DNA from: a virus
Length of the DNA: 64,000 nt
IMG/VR virus record: IMGVR_UViG_3300046706_000011
Location: 26,507-90,506 of that record
Reading direction: 5' to 3' (one strand)
The notes under the pieces are model-generated. The model searched no databases and was not told where the DNA came from. It saw only the letters and a program-made list of their open reading frames with translations. Position numbers and translations under genes: made by a program. Shown piece after piece: positions 27,104 to 35,600 of the stretch (position 1 is its first letter; each line of letters opens with the position of its first letter).

Positions 27104-27729
27104 ACCGGCATCTTCTCGGTGTAGATGCCGGCGCTGATCACCAATCCGCCCACCAGCATCCTCCCGCCCACGATGGGAATGGGGTTGCCCTGGAGGGTGG
27201 TGTTGACCTGCCCGCCGAGGAGGAAGGAGGGCCGGTCCTCGGGACGCTCATACCCGCTCAGGCTGGGCGTCTTGGGGATCGGCGTCAGGAGCTGGGCGAT
27301 GCCCCCGAAGGTGAGGGCAGCCCCGAACAGGGCGACGGTGCCCCAGGAGAGCGAGGAGAAGACGCCGCCGGTGAGGCCCGCGATGGCGCCGAACGTGCCG
27401 CCCGACGCGATGGCCGCGACCGAGATCAGGGCGATGCCGAGGATGGTCTTTCCCAGGCCGCTGCGCTTGCGGCCCGTGACGGTCGGGACGATGTGGACGG
27501 GCCTTCCCGGCGGCAGTTGGAAAGCCAGCAGGTCCTCGGTCAGCCTCTCGCCGGTCCTCGCGGCGCCGACGACGATGCGGTAGGCGCCCTTGGCGAGTTC
27601 GGCGCGGAAGCCGGGCAGGTTGGCGGCCAGCGCGCGGACGACCTCCTGGACGGACGAGGCTTCGAACGAGAAGGGTCCCTTGAACCGGGACCGGAGGCGG
27701 CCGTGCAGGAAGACCCGTCGAAGCGTCAT
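27100..27729 (-). CDS. tail assembly protein (lambda gpI-like)
   Basis: RRVFLHGRL..RF, VHIVP, C-terminal SF..G.VNT..QGNPIPI..GRMLVGG.VISA. Confidence 0.88.
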   Translation of the reverse strand: MTLRRVFLHGRLRSRFKGPFSFEASSVQEVVRALAANLPGFRAELAKGAYRIVVGAARTGERLTEDLLAFQLPPGRPVHIVPTVTGRKRSGLGKTILGIALISVAAIASGGTFGAIAGLTGGVFSSLSWGTVALFGAALTFGGIAQLLTPIPKTPSLSGYERPEDRPSFLLGGQVNTTLQGNPIPIVGGRMLVGGLVISAGIYTEKMPV

Positions 27730-27737
27730 CGGGACCC

Positions 27738-28538
27738 TTACCCTTCGTAACGGAGGTAGTTCGTGACGTACTCAAGCCACGGCGCGGCGGGCTCGCGGCG
27801 GGACAGGCGGCGGCGCAGGTGGTGAAGTATTGTCCCGTCCCCAAGGTAGACGCCGCCGTGGTTGGTGACCGGGGCCTGGACCTGGGCGAGGAACACGTCG
27901 CCCGCGCGCAGCTCGTCGCGCCCGATGGGGCGGAACCCGGCGGCGGCGAAGTTCTCCAGGTACAGGTTCTTGGGCACCAGGGGGTTCCCCGCGTCGTCCC
28001 GGTCGGTCCACCATGCGAAGTCGCGCGGGAAGTCGGGCAGGGCGACGGGGGCGCCGAACGCCTGGGCGACGATGCCGAACTCGTCGGCCCGGTAGAAGTC
28101 CCGGATCAGGGAATAGCAGTCGAGGATGCCGTGGACGAAGGGGCGCCCGACCAGAGGCGCCACGGGGATGCCGTCCCCCCACCACAGGACGGTCTCGTGG
28201 CTGAGTTTGTCAATAACCGTAACCAGCCCCCAGGGGCAAGACATTTGTGCCTGCTGGGCCATGTCGGCGGCGGACGGGCCGGCGAGCAGGGGACCGTCCT
28301 GGGGGTCGAAGTCGCCCGCGGCCAGCGCGTGGGAGTGGATGACGGCCCTGACTTCGCCCCGGTAGCGGTCCTCGTCGGCGGTGGCGATCGCGAACGCCTC
28401 GGTGGGCTCGGGGTGGACGTTGTCGAGCGGGACGTACTCCCCGTCCTCGATGACGATGCCGACCGACTCCCGCGGCGCCTCGATCTCGGCATGGTGGCGG
28501 GCGGCGGCGGACGCGGCCGGGAAGATGGCGTCGAACAT
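27738..28538 (-). CDS. tail assembly protein (lambda gpK-like, JAB/MPN plus NlpC/P60)
   Basis: PRESVG, VIHSH, PSAAD (JAB); GRPFVHGILDCYSLIRD and NHGGVYLGDG.ILHH (NlpC/P60). Confidence 0.9.
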   Translation of the reverse strand: MFDAIFPAASAAARHHAEIEAPRESVGIVIEDGEYVPLDNVHPEPTEAFAIATADEDRYRGEVRAVIHSHALAAGDFDPQDGPLLAGPSAADMAQQAQMSCPWGLVTVIDKLSHETVLWWGDGIPVAPLVGRPFVHGILDCYSLIRDFYRADEFGIVAQAFGAPVALPDFPRDFAWWTDRDDAGNPLVPKNLYLENFAAAGFRPIGRDELRAGDVFLAQVQAPVTNHGGVYLGDGTILHHLRRRLSRREPAAPWLEYVTNYLRYEG

Positions 28539-28657
28539 GGCGGGCTTTCTGGCTGCCGGTGGGTGATACCCCTTTATCCTCCGGGGCGTGGGCAAAAAAA
28601 ACGGGTTTTCCGTGAAAAAAGTCCTTGGCGCTTCGACATTGTGGGGGTAACGTCCAT

Positions 28658-28680
28658 TTGTTCATTGATTCATTGAACAA
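28658..28680. promoter_or_regulatory. near-perfect 23-bp palindrome TTGTTCATTGATTCATTGAACAA (operator candidate) in an AT-rich divergent intergenic region
   Basis: Seen directly, upstream of the moron RBS (AGGAGA) and ATG 28702. Confidence 0.5.
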
Positions 28681-28701
28681 TCTGTACCCAGGAGAAACAC
28701 G

Positions 28702-29202
28702 ATGAAGACGGCCACCGCAGCATCTTCCGCCCCGAACAGGCTCATCGCCCCCGCCCTGGCCGCCTGCCTTCTGGCCGCGTGCCAGCCCCCTGCCGAGCGG
28801 GTCGCCACCACCCAGGACACCGTCACCCTCGACGGCGTGACCATGCACTCCATCGCGTCCCCGCCCCCGGCCGGCGAAGGGCTGACCGGGGCCGCCGCCG
28901 GGACCCTGCTCTCGGCGCTGACGCCCCCCGCCGTCGCCGCCGCGCTGCCCCCGTCGGACATCCCTCTTGTCCAGCGTGCCTTGATCCGCGCCCACTCGGC
29001 GTCGCCGGGAGAGCGCATCGAATGGAGCAACGGCGACACCGGCAACCACGGCGCGGTGATCCCGTCCGCGATGTTCCGCGACGGCTCCGGCGGCCCCTGC
29101 CGCGCGGTCGTCCACCTAGCCCATGTGGCGGGGCGCGAGCTGTGGGGCGACGCGACGGCGTGCCGGCAGCCGGACGGGACCTGGGCGCGGGGGCTGTCGT
29201 GA
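28702..29202 (+). CDS. lipoprotein with 17-kDa surface antigen (RT0821/Lpp0805-like) domain
   Basis: Lipobox LLAAC, IEWSNGDTGNHGAVIP, GPCR and TACRQPDGTW. Confidence 0.8.
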   Translation: MKTATAASSAPNRLIAPALAACLLAACQPPAERVATTQDTVTLDGVTMHSIASPPPAGEGLTGAAAGTLLSALTPPAVAAALPPSDIPLVQRALIRAHSASPGERIEWSNGDTGNHGAVIPSAMFRDGSGGPCRAVVHLAHVAGRELWGDATACRQPDGTWARGLS

Positions 29203-29264
29203 CCGCCCCGGCGCCCAGGCCCTTGCGAACGTCCAGACAAACATCCATGCAGGGAAACGCAGCC

Positions 29265-29435
29265 ATGATCGACATATTCATCGGCAAGCTCGCGGAGATC
29301 GTCACCGGCCTCCTGTGGGCGATCCTGGCGGTCGCCGCGGCTTGGCTCCTGGCGCGATGGCTCCTGGCCCCCGACTACGTGGCCCTGGTCGCTGCCGACG
29401 CGGTGAGGGGTTCGTTCGTCGGGGTCGGGCGTTGA
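29265..29435 (+). CDS. small hydrophobic protein
   Basis: MIDIFIGKLAEIVTGLLWAILAVAAAWLLA..., 56 aa. Confidence 0.45.
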   Translation: MIDIFIGKLAEIVTGLLWAILAVAAAWLLARWLLAPDYVALVAADAVRGSFVGVGR

Positions 29436-29539
29436 CCGCGCATCGCCGCGGGATCGGGGGCTCCGGCCCCCTTCCCACGGGAGGAACAAACGAATTTCCC
29501 GTTCACAAACGCCCTCGGGCCTCCCACGGAGAAAATCTG

Positions 29540-29854
29540 GTGACGCACATTCCACGGTACGACGACGAGATCCCGGACGCGGCGACGGCGCTGTCCAACC
29601 TGCTGTCGCGGGTCGAGTCCGAGGTCTGCGACCCGGCCGCCTACGGCTTCCGGATCGAGGACCCGGAGCATCCCTGGCACAGGGACGTGATGGAGGCGCG
29701 CGACGCCCTGTACAAGGCCGAGCGCGACCGGGACCGGAAACGATCCGGCCTGGACGAGACCGTCGATTGGGCGGGACGGGTGATGATGGCGGCCACGGGA
29801 CTGCTCGCCGGGATGCTCCTCGGCGGGATCGTGAACGCGATGATGGCGGGCTGA
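29540..29854 (+). CDS. hypothetical protein with C-terminal TM
   Basis: GTG after GGAGA, 104 aa. Confidence 0.5.
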   Translation: MTHIPRYDDEIPDAATALSNLLSRVESEVCDPAAYGFRIEDPEHPWHRDVMEARDALYKAERDRDRKRSGLDETVDWAGRVMMAATGLLAGMLLGGIVNAMMAG

Positions 29855-29864
29855 GGGGGAAGAC

Positions 29865-30047
29865 ATGACGGGAATGGCACGGGTTCGCTCGGCCGCCGCG
29901 TATTGGCGGGCTCGGGCGCTGGAGCACCTGGACCGCATCGAGAAGTTCAGGTTGGATGAGACGACCGAGGACTATCACAACGGCGAGGCCGCGTTCTGCC
30001 TCGCCAACGCCGAACGGCTTGAGCGGATGGGGGACGGGAGTCGATGA
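29865..30047 (+). CDS. hypothetical protein
   Basis: GAGG RBS, ATGA-coupled to the next gene. Confidence 0.5.
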   Translation: MTGMARVRSAAAYWRARALEHLDRIEKFRLDETTEDYHNGEAAFCLANAERLERMGDGSR

Positions 30048-30430
30048 GACGGATCGCGATCGCCGCCCTGGTCCTGGCCGCGTGGCCGGGACCGGGAACC
30101 GCCGCCCCGCGCGAGAGCCTGGGCAAGGAGGCCTACCGGTGCCTCACCAAGGGGGAGGCCGTCGATATCATGGAGGAGACGGGGAAGCTGATGGTCCTGC
30201 TCGACCGCGAGATCCCGAGGGCGCGGCGGACGGAGCGGGCGGCGGTGCGCCGGGAGATCGAGGGCGCGTGCCTGGAGTCCGGCGCCGAGGCCGACTGGTG
30301 CCGCAGGATCGTGCTCGGGGGCGACGCCGCCCTGGAGCGCCGCGCGTGCCTGGAGGACGGCCTGGACCCGGACTCCTGCGGGACCGTTTCCCATTCGGGG
30401 ACGCCGGGCGAGGAGGAGGTTCCGCGATGA
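30044..30430 (+). CDS. small secreted Cys-containing protein
   Basis: Signal peptide MRRIAIAALVLAAW, five Cys. Confidence 0.55.
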   Translation: MRRIAIAALVLAAWPGPGTAAPRESLGKEAYRCLTKGEAVDIMEETGKLMVLLDREIPRARRTERAAVRREIEGACLESGAEADWCRRIVLGGDAALERRACLEDGLDPDSCGTVSHSGTPGEEEVPR

Positions 30431-30624
30431 CATCGACGTGGACGGCGGACGACGTGGTGACGCTCCGGCGGATGCACCACTGGACCCAGGAGGACCTTGC
30501 GGCGGTGTCCGGGTACAGCACCAAGACCATCGTCGCGTTCGAGACCGACCGCAGGACCATTCAGAAACGGCACGAGATCCTGTTCGGCTTCCTCCAGAGA
30601 TTTGGACCGCTTTGTGATGGCTAA
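30427..30624 (+). CDS. Cro/XRE-type helix-turn-helix protein
   Basis: LRRMHHWTQEDLAAVSGYSTKTIVAFETDRR, strong GAGGAGG RBS. Confidence 0.8.
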   Translation: MTSTWTADDVVTLRRMHHWTQEDLAAVSGYSTKTIVAFETDRRTIQKRHEILFGFLQRFGPLCDG

Positions 30625-31552
30625 ACCATTGGAAAACAACGAAACCGTTTCAACGGCTGTTCCCCAGCCGTTGGTCCGGCCGGACCCACGGGCATACCGG
30701 CGAACCATGGACGATGATGACCAGGACCTCTTCCCCGGCATGTCCACCGCACCGGCCCTGGGGCTGCCGGCCGATGGTGACATTGTTCACTCCGACGCCT
30801 TGGATATCCTGGCGGGGCTCGCCGCGGGGACTGCATCCCTCATCGTCACGGACCCGCCTTACGGAATTGCCTACCACTCAAACTACTATAGGGGAAGAAA
30901 CCCGCATGCGCCCATCTCGCAGGATTGGGATTTCCAGATCGGCGCCTTCTTTGCGGAGGCCTCCCGTGCCCTTGTCGATGGCGGGGCCATCTACCTGTTC
31001 ACTCGCTGGGATGTATACCCGTTGTGGTATAAGGAAATTCCAAAGGCCCTCTCCTTGAAGAATGCCATCGTCTGGAAGAAAGACAACTGGTCGAGCGGCG
31101 ATCTGTACGGCAACTTTGGCAATCAGTATGAAATCGTCATGTTCTTGACCAAGGGGCGGCACAGCCTGCGCGGCAAGCGATGGCCGAATATCTGGGAGTT
31201 TCCGCGTATCCCCGCCAAACGACTGAGAATGCCGGCGGAGAAGCCGGTCGGCCTGTACGAACGCGCCATCCTGTCATCCAGCGACAAGGGGGACTTGGTC
31301 GTGGACCCGTTCTGCGGCTCCGGGACGGCGGCCGAGGCCGCCCGCCGAGCAGGCCGGCGCTTTCTCCTCGGTGACATCGACCCGAAGATGGTCAGCATGG
31401 CGCGGGAACGTGTCGGTCTCTCCACCCCGACGGTCCAGGACGAACCGGGACGCAAGGCGCCGCCATGCCCGGTATTCTCGGTGGAACCGCCCGATATCTC
31501 GCTATGGGGGTTGCATCCGGAAGATGTTCTGCACTCGCGAACGGGGCGGTGA
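30617..31552 (+). CDS. orphan N6-adenine/N4-cytosine DNA methyltransferase, beta class
   Basis: IVTDPPY (motif IV) precedes PAEKP and VVDPFCGSGT (motif I). No adjacent restriction endonuclease. Start uncertain (30617 or 30707). Confidence 0.9.
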   Translation: MAKPLENNETVSTAVPQPLVRPDPRAYRRTMDDDDQDLFPGMSTAPALGLPADGDIVHSDALDILAGLAAGTASLIVTDPPYGIAYHSNYYRGRNPHAPISQDWDFQIGAFFAEASRALVDGGAIYLFTRWDVYPLWYKEIPKALSLKNAIVWKKDNWSSGDLYGNFGNQYEIVMFLTKGRHSLRGKRWPNIWEFPRIPAKRLRMPAEKPVGLYERAILSSSDKGDLVVDPFCGSGTAAEAARRAGRRFLLGDIDPKMVSMARERVGLSTPTVQDEPGRKAPPCPVFSVEPPDISLWGLHPEDVLHSRTGR

Positions 31553-31602
31553 AACGCGACGGGCTCCATCAAGCGGGGGAGGAGCGGGAACCCTCGATAG
31601 GG

Positions 31603-32307
31603 TTACGACTTTCCGCTACCGATACCTGGGAAGCCTCCGTACGGAAGTGGTATAGCCCCGAACCGCTTGCGGCAATCCGAAAGGCGTTTCCCGCACCGAT
31701 CCTGGGCGGGGTCGCCAGTCGGGTTGCCGTTCGGCAGGAACATGGCGGCGCCGGCGTAGGGACAGGCATGTGGATCGGATGAATAGGTGAAGCTACCACC
31801 GTTCCAAAAGCGGTACCTCCATGGGCAGTGGTTCTTGGTCGCGACCCGGCCCGGTATCTGGCGGCCCTGCTGGTCGAGGTCGGCGGCCAGCTCCCACCGG
31901 ATCATCGTCTTGTTCTGGAGGACCTTGCGCTCGATGCGGAAGATGTCGGGCGGGAAGTGCTGGTTCGGGTCGGCCTGGGGCTGGCCGTCGAGGTACTTGA
32001 CGAAGGTCCGCCAGCGGATCACCCGCGCGCCGCGCAGGTCGTCGAAGGACACGACCGCCGCCGCGATGAGCACGTCCTTGGCGACGGTCAGGGTCGGGGT
32101 CGGCAGCGAGCCCTGGGCGGCCTTCTCGAAGCCGTCCGCGTCGATCGGCAACGGGATGTATTGCTGTCCCTTCCAGCGCACGGCTTGGCCGTCCAGGGTT
32201 CCGGGGACGTAGTTCAGGACGCCGCCCCCGATGCTGGTCATGTCGATTTGATAGAGCCGGATCTCGGCGCCGGGGTCGAGGCGTTGGATGTCTGCGGCGA
32301 TGGGCAT
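31603..32307 (-). CDS. minor tail protein (lambda gpL-like)
   Basis: RTFVKYLD, four C-terminal Cys (CPWRYR, CPY, DRCGKRLSDC.KRFG) and LPYGGFPG. Confidence 0.92.
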   Translation of the reverse strand: MPIAADIQRLDPGAEIRLYQIDMTSIGGGVLNYVPGTLDGQAVRWKGQQYIPLPIDADGFEKAAQGSLPTPTLTVAKDVLIAAAVVSFDDLRGARVIRWRTFVKYLDGQPQADPNQHFPPDIFRIERKVLQNKTMIRWELAADLDQQGRQIPGRVATKNHCPWRYRFWNGGSFTYSSDPHACPYAGAAMFLPNGNPTGDPAQDRCGKRLSDCRKRFGAIPLPYGGFPGIGSGKS

Positions 32308-32314
32308 GGTGGGC

Positions 32315-32671
32315 TTAGGTTCCGAGGTCGTGGACTTGTTCGAGGGAGGCGTCGATGTCCCAGCGGCCTGGCACGTCCTTGACCGGCGACCACGAGTACT
32401 GCGGGCACACCCACTTCTGGGCGGTCGAGTAGCCGGTGGGGACCCACCAGAACCACGTGACGCCCTGGTGGGTCGCGAAGAAGTTCCGCAGCGTCTGCAT
32501 CTCCTGGGTGGAGCGCGCCCGCCACTGGACGGAGACCTTGGTGGTGAGGGCGTTCAGGCCGTCCAGGGATCGCAGGCTGTAGCCGTCCTGGAACGAGACG
32601 ACCCGGCGACGCGGCTCCTCCTGGAACGAGGGGCTGTAGGCCATCGGGATTGAGGGAAGGGTCAGCGCCAT
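32315..32671 (-). CDS. minor/distal tail protein (lambda gpM-like)
   Basis: F.DGY..R..DGLN and FF..H.G...F.W.P patterns, directly after the TMP. Confidence 0.85.
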   Translation of the reverse strand: MALTLPSIPMAYSPSFQEEPRRRVVSFQDGYSLRSLDGLNALTTKVSVQWRARSTQEMQTLRNFFATHQGVTWFWWVPTGYSTAQKWVCPQYSWSPVKDVPGRWDIDASLEQVHDLGT

Positions 32672-32692
32672 GGATTGATCTACCGTATTTTA

Positions 32693-35600
32693 TTAGGAAT
32701 TGCTTAAAAGGCCACCGTTCCTACGCTCCTTAATCAGCTTATCGTTCATCGCCTGCTCGATCTGGCGCGCGATGGCCCGGCCCTGGCGCTCGGCGGCGCC
32801 CTGGTCCATGCCCTGCTGGGCGGTGACGTTCACGGTGATGTTGTTGGTCGCCCCGCCTCCGCCGGCCGGCGCGAGGTTGGCCATCTGGCCCGGCGTGAAC
32901 ACCCCCTCGCCCTTCTTCAGCACGGCGGGGACCTCGTTGCCGGCGAGCCCGCCCGCGTGGTATCGGATCAGAGACGACACCGACGGCATGGGCCGGAGAC
33001 CGGGGACCTCGCGCCCGACGACCCCGCCGGCATGGAACGAGGGGATGGCGCGAAGCGGCCCGCCCTCGACGCCGATGATCCCGCCCCCGTGCTTCTGCGA
33101 CATCATCATGCCGCCGCCCATCACCGCCGCGTTGGCGGCGAACATGCCCCCGCCGCCGCCGAACATCATGGCCAGGGGTTGGATGATCGCCATCCGGATC
33201 GCCATGCGCGCGAGGTCGGCCGCGATGGACTTCGCCATGTCCGCGAACGCCTCCCGCGCGGACTTCGCCCCCGTGACGATGTCCACGAGCGCGTCCTCGA
33301 AGTGCATCAGCCCGCCGTAGGCCGCCTGCCGCATCGCCTCGTTGCCGGTCATCATCGAGTTGGCGAGCTGGTCGAGCGAGTCGTTCATGCGGGACAGGCG
33401 GTCGGCCGACACCGCGGTGTCGCCGGCAAGCCGGATCTGGCTCTGGCTCAGTTCGTCGGTCGCCGCCCCGTTGGCCGCGATGAGTTCGTTCTCCTTCTGG
33501 ATCTCGGCCATGCGGCGGAGCCGTTCCTCGCCGAACAGGCTCATCGCCTCCATCTGCCGGTTGGTGCCCTCGACCTCCAGTTGGCCGAGGCGGATGCGAT
33601 CCTCGGACTCGCGGGTCCAGTCCCCCATGGCGCGATCGCCCGCGGAGGCGACGAACTGCCGGCCCCGGTCGCTCTCCGGGTCGGCGCCCTGGCCGAGCAG
33701 GTCCTGCCGCGCCCCGGCCTCGGCCAGGGCGCGGATGCGAGCCTCGCCCACCTTATCGTAGGCGGCCCGCACCTCGTCGAGGGAACCAACGTAGCGTCGG
33801 TTGGCCGCGACTTCGCCCGCGATGCGCTCGTCCTGGGCGGCCTCGCGCCGCTTCTCGATCAGTTCCTCCAGGCTCCGGACGGCGGCTTGGTCGGAGGAGA
33901 TCCCGAGGTCGGCCGCCATGCGGCGGGCCTCGATGGCGTCCTTCTCGCGGTTGACGGCGTCCACGCCCTGGTCGTGGGCGGCGGCGAGTTCCAGGACCGC
34001 CTTGGTATCCTCGCGCAGGCCGAACTTCGCGGCCTCGAACTTCGTCGCCTTCTGGACGTCGTAGAGGGTCCCGACCAAGCCCTCCAGCGCGGCCTTCTGG
34101 TCCTTGGTCAGCTTCTCGGAGAAGCCGTGGACCTTGTTCATGATCTCCTGGGACCGCGTCGCCTGCTCGACGGCGCTGGCCGTGCCCCCGTAGGCGGAGG
34201 CGAGCTGGCGCTGCGCGTCGATGGACTGCCCGAGTTCTCGGCTCTTTTCCCCGAAGGTGTCCTGGGGCGTCCGGCCGGTCTTGTTCTGCTGGCGGATGCG
34301 GTACTGGAGCCCCGCCCGCTCCCCGCGCTGCTCGACGATCTTCTGGTCCGCCGCGCTCAGCGGTGCGTCCGGGCCGTAGCCCCGTTCGCGCCGGAGGTCG
34401 CCGATCGCGTCCTCGCGGCCCGCCTTGACCGCGGCGGCGACCGACTTGATGCCGCCGACGCCGGCCTGCCGAGCCACCGCGCGGGTCTGGATGACCTCGT
34501 CCTCAAGCTGCTTCTGGGCCTGGAGGTCGAGGTCGGAAAGCGCCTTTCTTCCCTGCATCATGAACGGCAGGTTCTCGGGCCGGGGACCCGGCCTGTTGCC
34601 GGCGGCGACCTGGGCCGGGAACTGGGCGAGCGCCGCGATGCGCTCCGGCCCCTGCGTGGTCGCCTGGATCTGCGACGCCATGGCGTTGGAGTCGATCTCG
34701 CGCTGCTGGCTCGCGACCTTGAGCTGGATCGCCTCCAGTTCCTCAGCGCGGTTGTGCGCGGCCACCAAGGCGTAGATGGCCGACGCGGCGCGACCCGTGA
34801 TGTCGATCCCGGCCTCCAGGACCTTGTTGCGCGCGTCCTGGGCGTCCTTCTCGTCCTGGACCGCGTCGGTGCCCTTCTTGTGGGCCTCGGCCATCCGGTT
34901 GGACAGCTCGATCTCGGAGCGCAGCGTCTGGAGGATCGGGCCGGCCGACAGCATGTCGCGCGCCGCGTTGAGCTGCCGGTAGGACTCGCGAAGCTTGTCC
35001 ACGTCCTCGGGCAGCATCTGGCCCTCGGGCAGGCGCTGCTTGCCGGCCACTTCCCCCTGCATGCGCGAGATGTCGCCGCGCAGGGCGTCGTTGCCGGGAT
35101 CGGCCCGGAGCTTCGCCTGGGTCTCCTCGATCCGGACGTTCAGGTCCGCGATCTCCTTCTTGGTCTGCTCGGAGACGCGGAACTCAAGCGGCTTGGTCTG
35201 GGAGATGATCTCAAGCTCGCGCTTGACCCCGACCATCGCCTCCTTGCTGGACTGGAACTGCCGCCCGAGCCTTTCCTGGCCCTCGATCTGTTTCCGGATC
35301 TCGGCGGTCTGCTTCTCCAGTTCCTTGGTGGACCGCTGCTGGTCGGTGAGCGCGTCGGCGGCGGGCGAGGCCGCGCCGCTCCCGCCCAGGGCCTTCTCGG
35401 CGGCCTTGCGGCGTTCCTCGGCCTCGCGGATCTGCCGTTCGACCTGGGCGGTGTTGTACATCGCCGCCCGGCTGTCCTCCTGGGTCGGCCCGAAGGTGGA
35501 CTGCCCGCCAGGCGAGGCGCGCCGCTCGACGGACGCCTCGGACTCCATCAGGGCGCGGCGCTGCGCCAGCTCTTTCTCAAGCTCCGCCTGGACATCCCTG

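Noticed and set aside
28655-28680. Alphaproteobacterial LexA box at the moron leader
   Set aside because: GTTC and GAAC are present, but not as GTTC-N7-GTTC or GAAC-N7-GAAC.
30617-31552. Restriction-modification or defence system
   Set aside because: No nuclease partner is present. The adjacent HTH could resemble a C-protein, but the neighbours are small membrane or secreted proteins.
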